From contig JAWKSK010000001.1 in assembly GCA_041389145.1 (NCBI GenBank), positions 27,668-91,667 of the forward strand: a stretch of 64,000 nt of DNA, read 5' to 3'. Positions 37,652 to 49,112 of the stretch are shown here, one piece after another. Made by a program: the position numbers and the translations under genes. Below the pieces are notes generated by a model. That model did no database searches. It was not told the DNA's origin and saw nothing but the letters and a program-made list of their open reading frames with translations. The stretch comes from Patescibacteria group bacterium (GTDB taxonomy: Bacteria > Patescibacteriota > Kazan-3B-28). Position 1 is the first letter of the stretch. Each line of letters opens with the position of its first letter.

Positions 37652-38452
37652 CTAGTAAAGAGGAAGAATGGAAGGCAAATCAGGCAGTTCAATGAAGCCT
37701 TTGAAGTCATCTCCGGAGACTGGAGGACTACCAATAAGGTCTGCTTTAACAATCAGACGTCTGAGATTGGTACCTATTGGAGTACAGGTCATGAGGGAAA
37801 GGGTTGGAGTGGCGGTTTGATCTAAGACATGGACATCAGTTGGGCTAACTACTTCGCTATTACTCATCTTGTAAATAAACTTATCGCCCTGGTAGTAGAC
37901 GTAAATTAGATCACCGGGCTCAAGATTATGTAGCAAAGCAAAGATCTGATTATATTCTCCCCCGCTCCACCAGTAGTAGGAACTATGACCAGTAAGGAAT
38001 GAATTTCCAATTCTACCTGGCAAAGCAGTTCCAGGGTAATGACCAACACCATTTTTAATAGCTTCTAAAATAGCATTGTTACTGTAGTCCTGGATGAAAA
38101 CCAAGGGAGCATCGACGTTTATTTTTGGAATAACAATACTATCCCTTCTTGGGGCGTCGGTGTTATCTACAAATGAAACTAAGTCATCAACATTAGCAAA
38201 ACTATCCCCGGATGATGGGAGGTTGTATTGATTGGAATAATCCTGACCTCCATTACTAAACCAGTATGAAATTGTGGTGTAGATGGTGGGACCCATTACA
38301 ATGATGGCTAAAAGAACAAAAAAGAATGCAAAAAGCCCAAGAAACTTCAGCACTTCCTTCCACCAAACAGACTTGGGGGCTGGTGGATGAGGCAGTGGGT
38401 GATAGATATGGGCGTGTTGCATATTAGCTAGTTGGGGCGGTTGGTCCAGCAC
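37652..38452 (-). CDS. Sortase-family transpeptidase
   Basis: 266 aa; N-terminal TM helix; FLTGHSS (His), LSLMTCTP (Cys), NLRRLIV (Arg). Confidence 0.88.
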   Translation of the reverse strand: MLDQPPQLANMQHAHIYHPLPHPPAPKSVWWKEVLKFLGLFAFFFVLLAIIVMGPTIYTTISYWFSNGGQDYSNQYNLPSSGDSFANVDDLVSFVDNTDAPRRDSIVIPKINVDAPLVFIQDYSNNAILEAIKNGVGHYPGTALPGRIGNSFLTGHSSYYWWSGGEYNQIFALLHNLEPGDLIYVYYQGDKFIYKMSNSEVVSPTDVHVLDQTATPTLSLMTCTPIGTNLRRLIVKADLIGSPPVSGDDFKGFIELPDLPSILPLY

Positions 38453-38852
38453 TATCCCCTGGTTCTGGGTAGCTTGAACGTTCTTTTAGCTCTCTTAGGG
38501 TTAATACGTCCTCCACCCGTTCACCGTCACCAAACTCCCAGGTTGGATACGCTGAAATACCGGCATCTTTACAGACCTGGGTTTGTTTACGATCTGGAGT
38601 AGAACATTCAATGTAATTTACTTTATTAAATGCATTACCAAATATCTTTTTCTGATCAGAACAGTGTGGGCACCACCAGGCACCGTACATAGTGACGTTA
38701 CTTTGAGTGAGCCATTCAGCTACAGCGGTAGCTTCGGCTTGGGCCTCTGAATTGTTATTGCTACAAGCAGTTAAGGCAAAGCTGGTGAGCAAAACTAAAC
38801 CAAGGACAGAAAGTTTTTTAAACATAAGAATGAAAGTTAATAACAGGGGCAT
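38424..38852 (-). CDS. Thioredoxin-fold lipoprotein (VKOR-associated type)
   Basis: 142 aa; LTACSNN lipobox; WWCPHCSDQK CxxC motif; YPTWEF. Confidence 0.75.
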   Translation of the reverse strand: MPLLLTFILMFKKLSVLGLVLLTSFALTACSNNNSEAQAEATAVAEWLTQSNVTMYGAWWCPHCSDQKKIFGNAFNKVNYIECSTPDRKQTQVCKDAGISAYPTWEFGDGERVEDVLTLRELKERSSYPEPGDSAGPTAPTS

Positions 38853-38905
38853 TATCTCATAAATTCAAGATGTAATTAAAAATACCCACACAGGGATATT
38901 TTAAT

Positions 38906-38990
38906 TGGTGGCTGAGGAGGGACTCGAACCCTCAAGTCTTGCGACACACGATTTTGAGTCGTGCGTGTATACCAATTCCACCACTCAGCC
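38906..38990 (-). tRNA. tRNA-Leu (anticodon CAA), long variable arm, CCA encoded
   Basis: Hand-folded: acceptor GGCTGAG/CTCAGCC, anticodon stem CACGA/TCGTG, loop CTCAAAA, T-arm AGGGTTCGAGTCCCT. Confidence 0.88.
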
Positions 38991-38995
38991 TAATA

Positions 38996-40213
38996 CTATT
39001 TGTAAATTGGGAACTTGGCACAGAGAGTTGTTACCTCCTGGGCTACAGATGATATTACGCTAGAATCAGGGTTTTTGACAACTACTTGGTTAATCAAGTC
39101 TGCAATTTGTTGCATCTCCCCTTCTTTCATTCCACGAGTGGTAAGAAGAGCTACTCCTAATCTAATTCCAGATGGATCCATTGGAGAGCGAAGGTCTCCA
39201 GGAACCATGTTTTTGTTGATGATGATTCCAACCTGGGTCAAAGCATCTTCTGCCTCCTGACCAGTTACACCTTTATTGGTGAGGTCGATAAGCATGAGGT
39301 GGGTGTCGGTACCATCGGTTACTAGTTTAAACCCATGCTCCATCAAGCGATGGGCTAAGGCTTGGGCGTTTAAGATAATCTGCTTACCGTATTCTTTAAA
39401 CTCTGGTGTAAGGGCTTCTTCGAAGCAGATGGCTTTAGCAGCAGTGATATGGTTGTGAGGACCGCCTTGGAGGCCTGGAAAGACAGCCTTATCTATTCTC
39501 TTGGCCAATTCCTCCTTACACATAATAATGGCGCTTCTAGGACCTCTGAGGGTCTTATGGGTAGTGGTCATCACTACATCGGCATGTGGGAAGGGGCTTG
39601 GATGAACACCAGCAGCTACAAGGCCTGCAATATGGGAGATATCTGCAAAAAGATAGGCGCCAACTTCTTTGGCGATTTCTCCAAACTTGGCAAAGTCGAT
39701 CTCACGAGGATAAGCAGAAGCACCACAGACAATCATCTTTGGCTTCATGATGCGGGCCATGGTGGCAATTTCTTCGTAGTTGAGTAAGCCCGCCTCTGGA
39801 TCTACGCCATATTGGGAGAAGTTGTAGGCGGCTCCAGAAAAACTAACCTTATGGCCATGGGTAAGATGTCCACCATGAGGAAGAGACATACCCATGACTT
39901 GATCACCAAATTCTAGTAGAGCAAAGTAGATAGCCATGTTAGCTGGGCTACCAGAATAAGGTTGGACATTGACGTGGTCTGCGCCAAATAGCTGTTTAGC
40001 TAGGTTTTGAGCCCGTTCTTCAATCTGGTCGACAATTTCATTACCTCCGTAGTAGCGCTTGTATGGGTAACCTTCAGAGTATTTATTAGTCAGCACCGAG
40101 CCAGCTGCATCTAGAACAGCTTGGGAGGTAGCGTTCTCTGAAGCAATCAAGCTTAAAGTGCTTTCCTGGCGCTGTTTTTCTGCTTTGATGAGGTCTTGGA
40201 TTGAAGTAGTCAT
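38996..40213 (-). CDS. glyA: Serine hydroxymethyltransferase
   Basis: 405 aa; TTTHKTLRGPR PLP-lysine motif and full-length SHMT pattern. Confidence 0.96.
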   Translation of the reverse strand: MTTSIQDLIKAEKQRQESTLSLIASENATSQAVLDAAGSVLTNKYSEGYPYKRYYGGNEIVDQIEERAQNLAKQLFGADHVNVQPYSGSPANMAIYFALLEFGDQVMGMSLPHGGHLTHGHKVSFSGAAYNFSQYGVDPEAGLLNYEEIATMARIMKPKMIVCGASAYPREIDFAKFGEIAKEVGAYLFADISHIAGLVAAGVHPSPFPHADVVMTTTHKTLRGPRSAIIMCKEELAKRIDKAVFPGLQGGPHNHITAAKAICFEEALTPEFKEYGKQIILNAQALAHRLMEHGFKLVTDGTDTHLMLIDLTNKGVTGQEAEDALTQVGIIINKNMVPGDLRSPMDPSGIRLGVALLTTRGMKEGEMQQIADLINQVVVKNPDSSVISSVAQEVTTLCAKFPIYK

Positions 40214-40385
40214 ACAGTCATTGTACCTACAGTTTGAAAAAGATTGAAAAAGTTTTTAACAAATACAGAAAAAGTTTGCCACTGGATAGGAAAAATTATA
40301 TACTGTGCGCAGAATTTGGGGGTATGTAATAAACCCCTCACGATTTAGTGACTATATTCGGGAGCCTTGGGGTAAGGCGAGTAAA

Positions 40386-41678
40386 ATGTCATCGATGAAG
40401 AAATACGCATTTTTACTGGGATCTCATAGCTTACTTAGCTATCTTGAGATTCTCAACATGGCGAAGGTGGAAAAGATTACCACCGGCGAACACTATCGCA
40501 TGGGCGATGACATTTTAGTTATCGAAATGAAGGCGGATAAGGATAGGTTGCAAAAACTCCAGGATCTACTCGGGGGCACGATTAAGATTATTGAAATTGT
40601 AGATGAGTATCACGGGACTATCTTCCAGTTAAATCGGATCCTTACTCCAGAAAAGTTAATAGAAGATTACTTTGCCCAGACCAAGTCAAAGGTGAACTTT
40701 GGATTTTCTGTGTACTCCACCAGTCACTTGGTGTATGCCGAGATTAATTGGTTAAGAAACTTTGCTTACCAGCTGAAGCGAAAGTTTAAGCCTGACTTTA
40801 GTATTAGATACGTAGATGAAAAGAACTTTGAATTAAGTTCAGTGATGGTAACCAATAACAGGTTGGTGGAAACGGGAGCTGAGATTGTGCTGATCAAACA
40901 AGAAATGAACTTCATGATTGGCAAAACCATCACAGTTCAAGACTTTAGAGCATATGTAAAAAGAGACATGGAAAAGCCAAGTCCAAATGCTAAGTCTGGA
41001 ATGTTACCTCCAAAGCTGGCCCAGATGATTGTAAACCTAACTAGGGATACAGATCACAAGCAAGTATATGATCCCTTCTGTGGTAGTGGAGTACTCCTAC
41101 AGGAAGCAATGTTGGTAGGGTTATCGGTAGTGGGTAGTGATATTGCAGATCATGCAGTGATTTCTACAAGAGAAAACCTAGAATGGTTGGTAAAGACATA
41201 TAACGTGGCTGCTCAGAAAGAAGGAAAAACAAAGATTAAGGAAATTAAGGCAGAGGAACAGATTAAACAACTAGATGCCACCAAGTCCAAATGGGCTAAG
41301 GTTAATACCGAAACTACCTTTGTAGCAGCAGAGCCATACTTGGGACCACCTCAAAGAAGCACTCTTTTAATCCACAATGCCAAGACAATAGCTACCGAAC
41401 TGGAAGAGCTCTATGTTGGGTTCTTTGAAAACATGGCAAAAAACTACAACAAGATTAATCGAATCGGCTTTGTATTGCCGGTACTAAAGACCAATGAAGG
41501 TCTGTTGTATATGAATGTTATCGAGAAGATTGAAAAGCTAGGCTATGCCCGGAAGGAGTTTCTTCCCGCAGAAGAATCCAAGAAAGAAGCATTAGCAACT
41601 CACAGAGGTTCTCTACTCTACTCTCGTCCTGACCAACATGTATTGCGTGAAATCTTTGTGTTTGACCGGGTAAAATAG
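40386..41678 (+). CDS. SAM-dependent methyltransferase (UPF0020/Trm11-like)
   Basis: VYDPFCGSGVLLQEAMLVGLSVVGSDI (motif I) and AEPYLGPP (motif IV variant). The ATG at 40386 is preferred over the GTG at 40305. Confidence 0.7.
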   Translation: MSSMKKYAFLLGSHSLLSYLEILNMAKVEKITTGEHYRMGDDILVIEMKADKDRLQKLQDLLGGTIKIIEIVDEYHGTIFQLNRILTPEKLIEDYFAQTKSKVNFGFSVYSTSHLVYAEINWLRNFAYQLKRKFKPDFSIRYVDEKNFELSSVMVTNNRLVETGAEIVLIKQEMNFMIGKTITVQDFRAYVKRDMEKPSPNAKSGMLPPKLAQMIVNLTRDTDHKQVYDPFCGSGVLLQEAMLVGLSVVGSDIADHAVISTRENLEWLVKTYNVAAQKEGKTKIKEIKAEEQIKQLDATKSKWAKVNTETTFVAAEPYLGPPQRSTLLIHNAKTIATELEELYVGFFENMAKNYNKINRIGFVLPVLKTNEGLLYMNVIEKIEKLGYARKEFLPAEESKKEALATHRGSLLYSRPDQHVLREIFVFDRVK

Positions 41679-41679
41679 C

Positions 41680-41708
41680 TTGTCAGGTTTGCGTTTAAAG
41701 GTTAAATT
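41680..41708 (+). promoter_or_regulatory. Promoter of the two-mini-ORF unit
   Basis: TTGTCA-N17-TAAATT. Confidence 0.5.
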
Positions 41709-41747
41709 ACAGGCAGTTTAAGTCTGTTCTTTTTAGGAGGTGGAGGA

Positions 41748-41846
41748 ATGAAAGGATTTGATTTCTTCATAGGAATGGCGGCTGTCTTAATGATAGGAGC
41801 CATCGGATGGATAATCAGTGAACTTATTCGTGCCCTGATGGTCTAA
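41748..41846 (+). CDS. Mini-ORF A, 32-aa hydrophobic peptide
   Basis: MKGFDFFIGMAAVLMIGAIGWIISELIRALMV; SD GGAGGTGGAGGA directly upstream. Not in the ORF track because it is under 60 aa. Confidence 0.5.
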   Translation: MKGFDFFIGMAAVLMIGAIGWIISELIRALMV

Positions 41847-41857
41847 AGGAGTGAATC

Positions 41858-41992
41858 ATGGAAATACTGGAATTCATGGAGATGTTACGGGTTTTATTCT
41901 TCTGTATTATCTCTATTTTCGTACTATGTGCCGCGTTATGCCTGTACCTGGTACTGCACTTTACCCTGCTGTGCTCCGGCACCAATACCTAA
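41858..41992 (+). CDS. Mini-ORF B, 44-aa Cys-rich hydrophobic peptide
   Basis: MEILEFMEMLRVLFFCIISIFVLCAALCLYLVLHFTLLCSGTNT; SD AAGGAG 6 nt upstream. Competes with the GTG-started 70-aa ORF 41851-42063. Confidence 0.45.
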   Translation: MEILEFMEMLRVLFFCIISIFVLCAALCLYLVLHFTLLCSGTNT

Positions 41993-42012
41993 ACGGGCAG
42001 TTTCACGACAGA

Positions 42013-42063
42013 ATCCCCTGGTTGTACCCGGCCATTTGGCTGGGCATAATCAGGGGATTTTAA
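42013..42063 (+). terminator. Terminator of the mini-ORF unit
   Basis: ATCCCCTG..(30 nt)..CAGGGGAT followed by TTTTAAC. Confidence 0.55.
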
Positions 42064-42066
42064 CTA

Positions 42067-42095
42067 TTGACCTCTGGGAGCAGGTTTGTTAGACT
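42067..42095 (+). promoter_or_regulatory. Promoter for rpmA
   Basis: TTGACC-N17-TAGACT. Confidence 0.55.
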
Positions 42096-42125
42096 GGCTC
42101 TTGTAACTAATAAAGATTTTTAGAT

Positions 42126-42386
42126 ATGGCACACGTCAAAGCTGCGGGTACAGCGAAAAACCTTCGTGATTCCCAATCGCAGCGCCTAGGAGTAAAGATA
42201 TTTGGAGACCAGTTTGCAAAAACTGGCGAGATTATCGTACGCCAACGTGGCCAGAAATACCGTGCTGGAGTTAATGCCGATATGGGCAAAGATCACACCA
42301 TCTTTGCTAAAGTAACTGGAAAGGTAAAGTTTGAAGTCAGAAGGGTGAAGAAGAATGAACCGGCTTTACCACTGCTAAGTTCGTGA
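42126..42386 (+). CDS. rpmA: 50S ribosomal protein L27
   Basis: [52 protein letters not shown] pattern. Confidence 0.9.
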   Translation: MAHVKAAGTAKNLRDSQSQRLGVKIFGDQFAKTGEIIVRQRGQKYRAGVNADMGKDHTIFAKVTGKVKFEVRRVKKNEPALPLLSS

Positions 42387-42427
42387 GTGTGATTCCGGTT
42401 GAGGCAAAATAGAGAATAAAACAAAGG

Positions 42428-42452
42428 AACCAAGCGTAAGCTTGGTTTTTTT
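42428..42452 (+). terminator. Terminator after rpmA
   Basis: AACCAAGC-gtaa-GCTTGGTT followed by TTTTTTG. Confidence 0.85.
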
Positions 42453-42492
42453 GAATCTGTTCTTTATTCCAATCTGGGAGTGGTTGAAGTTA

Positions 42493-42642
42493 ATGCAACC
42501 AGACGAAAACATAATTAAGAGAATGGAAGCCGGGGAAGATTTCTCTGATGAGGAATTGTTTCCTGATCTGTATTCAGCTCCAACGTTCAATACTACTCCT
42601 CCCTGGGAGAGAGCTGCTAGTGCAATGAATGCAATAATGTAG
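42493..42642 (+). CDS. Possible small acidic protein (49 aa)
   Basis: ATG-started MQPDENIIKRMEAGEDFSDEELF..; weak SD; followed by the hairpin GCCCCTC-gtaa-GAGGGGC and TTTC. Confidence 0.35.
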   Translation: MQPDENIIKRMEAGEDFSDEELFPDLYSAPTFNTTPPWERAASAMNAIM

Positions 42643-42687
42643 TTTTCTCCGGGTTCAACCGAGGCCCCTCGTAAGAGGGGCTTTCAT

Positions 42688-44331
<1,644 letters not shown>

Positions 44332-45480
44332 TTATTTATAGGTGCGTTCAATATGTTCAGGAAGTCGGGTAACAATTTCATAGTTAATGGTTTCCGCCCA
44401 TTCACCCAGATCAGTTGCGGAGATTGATTTTGATTTCACCTTTCCAATTAAGGTAATTTCATCACCTACCTTTACACGGGCACTTTTACTAACATCAAGG
44501 ATAATCATATTCATACAAACCCTTCCAATAATTGGAAAAACTTTTCCAGATTTGTGGAGCGCAAACCCCATATTGGAAAGTGATCTTGGCATACCTTCAT
44601 AGTAACCGACAGGGATAACTCCAATTTTCATGGCGTTACGTGCTTGATATTCTGCGCCGTAACCAACATGACTACCGGCACTTATACGCCTAACATGCAC
44701 TAGTTTGGTTTTGTATGATAGGGCTGGTTTGAGTTTTAGAAATTTAGTAGTCTTATTGCGTTTAGCCCATGTTTCTAATCCCCTAGATGGCCAAAGTCCG
44801 TACATTCCGATACCAATACGGACACAGTTAAAATGACTTTCTAGATGCATGATAGTGGCACCGGTGGCCGCAATGGATACGATTGGGATTTCAATTCCGA
44901 GATCCTTAATTTTTTTAAGTGTACGTTCGAAGGTACGAATCTGGGTTTTAGTGAAACTCTGATTGAGTTCTTCAACGGATGCTAGATGAGAATAGATACC
45001 TTGCAGTTCAAAATTAAGTGGCTTTTTGACAACCTTTTGAACTGCTTTGATAGCATCACCATTTGCAAATCCTAAGCGAGATAGACCAGTATCTACCTTT
45101 ATGTGGACGATTGCCTTTTTCTTTAACATAGTAGACATTCTCTGAACCATACGAAGACTCTCTTCGTTGTAGATAGAAATACCTACTTTGTGTTTGATTA
45201 GTTCTTTAACTTCTTCCTTATCGACTGCTCCGAGCATCATGATGGGTTGTAGAATACCCCACTTGCGAAGCTGAATGGCCTCATGAGCACTAACCACCCC
45301 TAAATAGCTAGCACCAGATGCAAGAGCTTGTTTGGATACTTCAAAAAGGCCATGCCCGTAGGCATTACCTTTAACTACAGCCATGATTTTAGTGGTGGGA
45401 GCAACCAGACGGGTAAACTGTCTGAGGTTGTGATCTATTGCTTTGAGATCGATTACAACTTTACTAAGCGTATCTCCCAT
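44332..45480 (-). CDS. alr: Alanine racemase
   Basis: 382 aa; AVVKGNAYGHG PLP-lysine motif. Confidence 0.92.
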   Translation of the reverse strand: MGDTLSKVVIDLKAIDHNLRQFTRLVAPTTKIMAVVKGNAYGHGLFEVSKQALASGASYLGVVSAHEAIQLRKWGILQPIMMLGAVDKEEVKELIKHKVGISIYNEESLRMVQRMSTMLKKKAIVHIKVDTGLSRLGFANGDAIKAVQKVVKKPLNFELQGIYSHLASVEELNQSFTKTQIRTFERTLKKIKDLGIEIPIVSIAATGATIMHLESHFNCVRIGIGMYGLWPSRGLETWAKRNKTTKFLKLKPALSYKTKLVHVRRISAGSHVGYGAEYQARNAMKIGVIPVGYYEGMPRSLSNMGFALHKSGKVFPIIGRVCMNMIILDVSKSARVKVGDEITLIGKVKSKSISATDLGEWAETINYEIVTRLPEHIERTYK

Positions 45481-45548
45481 AAAATATAAAAAAATGAATT
45501 ACCGTTTGGGCCCATATCCCCAAAGCCTTACTTATCTTACCAAAAATT

Positions 45549-45572
45549 AACGGCTCATTTTAGTGAGCCGTT
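45549..45572. repeat. REP-like hairpin, copy 3; here a functional-looking terminator
   Basis: The stem extends to AATTAACGGCTCA/TGAGCCGTTAATT, followed on the minus strand by TTTTGG. Confidence 0.8.
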
Positions 45573-45575
45573 AAT

Positions 45576-46013
45576 TTAGATTAACTTCTGAGCCTCTAAT
45601 ACCTTCCTAACGTGTAGATTCATAAAAATAAACCGTCCGGCCATAACTCCGGCAACCGTTGCAAAGGTAAAGGCAAGTAGGGCTGGTCCGTGAATCCAGA
45701 TACCAGCTATATATTTACGAGAAACTGAGAAGGCAATGTAGACTGCTAGTATCCAAAGCCCAGTTTTGTCCAAGCGGGATACTACTTTGGCATCATCTTC
45801 ATGCCAGAAGATGGTAAGCATTCGTCCGGCAAGGATACCACCCCCAAAGCCAATCAGAAGCCCCAGAAGAGCCAACCAGGGTGAGAGGATACCAACTATC
45901 ATGTCATATCCAACAACGCCTAATAAAACGATGCTAATAATCATAAATAGGCGAAGCTGGATGAGCAGTCGCCTATCGATATGTTTGTGGTTTTTAAGAT
46001 GTGAGAGATTCAT
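45576..46013 (-). CDS. Hypothetical 4-TM membrane protein
   Basis: 145 aa, hydrophobic. Confidence 0.65.
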   Translation of the reverse strand: MNLSHLKNHKHIDRRLLIQLRLFMIISIVLLGVVGYDMIVGILSPWLALLGLLIGFGGGILAGRMLTIFWHEDDAKVVSRLDKTGLWILAVYIAFSVSRKYIAGIWIHGPALLAFTFATVAGVMAGRFIFMNLHVRKVLEAQKLI

Positions 46014-46032
46014 TAGAATTTAATTATACATT

Positions 46033-46061
46033 ATAAAAAAACAGCCGGCTGGGAAGCCGGC
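46033..46061 (-). terminator. Terminator after 46084-46854
   Basis: Minus strand GCCGGCT-tccc-AGCCGGC followed by TGTTTTTTTAT. Confidence 0.85.
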
Positions 46062-46083
46062 CGCGTTGAATAGGGTGCTTGAT

Positions 46084-46854
46084 CTAGTGTGCAGATGCAT
46101 GGCAATTCAAATTCCGAATCACCAGCTGCGAAGGAGTCTTACCCTCCAGGTCGATGATCTTCGATGCCATTGAGACCAAGTTCTTTCCGATCAAGAGATT
46201 AAACATAGCATGGAGGTTAGCGGTAGGATCCGCATGCTCTATCCAGAGTGGATAGGGAGAGATGTTGAATGAAGGCAGAGGATCATCCTCCTCACTGTTA
46301 CCGAGATAGGTGTGGAAGCAATATCCAGTACCAGGTTCGGTAAGAATGGTTTCGAAGAAGTCTCTTGCTTCCTCGCCATCGTTACCTCTGCGCTGGGTCA
46401 GAAAGTAGGCCGTGCGTGACCCAGCCACGATAGCACCCGTAATTCTGGGGGTGTGGTTAGGTGCATCTGGCTCATAGGTAATCCCCCTCTGGTGGAGTTC
46501 GCCCTCAATGTCGTAGTTAGCCCGAATAGCCTCTAGTACCACCGGGGTTTGAATGCCATTACTTACGACATAAATACCATCAGACTCCGCCATTGCCTGG
46601 TAGATTATCAGGCTAGGATCTTTGACCTTGCTGGGGTCGAAGGCGTCGGTGTGCAGGTCACCATGAGCTTCTTTGTCAGCGACAAAGATGCGGTTGCGGC
46701 TGTTATCGCTCCTACCCATGATGGCGTAGAACTGAAATGCGTACCTTGGATCTGGACACAGCCCCTGAACGATAAGACGTCCAGGGTAAGGATTGGCTCT
46801 CAAGCATTTTGTGTTGCCTTTAAGCATGTCCTGCATAAACTGGGGTGCTGACAT
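46084..46854 (-). CDS. purO: IMP cyclohydrolase-like protein, archaeal PurO family (GC-richer unit)
   Basis: NPYPGRLIVQG..YAIMGRSDNSRNR..DPSLIIYQA..YVVSNGIQT..YEPDAPNHTPRI matches the PurO-family pattern recalled from memory. Confidence 0.65.
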   Translation of the reverse strand: MSAPQFMQDMLKGNTKCLRANPYPGRLIVQGLCPDPRYAFQFYAIMGRSDNSRNRIFVADKEAHGDLHTDAFDPSKVKDPSLIIYQAMAESDGIYVVSNGIQTPVVLEAIRANYDIEGELHQRGITYEPDAPNHTPRITGAIVAGSRTAYFLTQRRGNDGEEARDFFETILTEPGTGYCFHTYLGNSEEDDPLPSFNISPYPLWIEHADPTANLHAMFNLLIGKNLVSMASKIIDLEGKTPSQLVIRNLNCHASAH

Positions 46855-46953
46855 CCTTCTCTCCTTCTCTAGATTTAAAATAACAGCCCATGACTAGGTC
46901 ATGGGACTGATGGTATTAAATCAAATTGTAGATATTTTGTCTATCTGGAAGCC

Positions 46954-49044
<2,091 letters not shown>

Positions 49045-49112
49045 TCAGAAGAACTAAAATACGTTCCTACTAGCTATATTATAGGAGAATTTGGGGTTTT
49101 GAACAAGCTGAT

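Noticed and set aside
41851-42063. GTG-started 70-aa ORF overlapping mini-ORF B.
   Set aside because: The start overlaps the AAGGAG SD of the other frame, and the ORF reads through the terminator hairpin and ends exactly at its U-run. It is kept only as an alternative.
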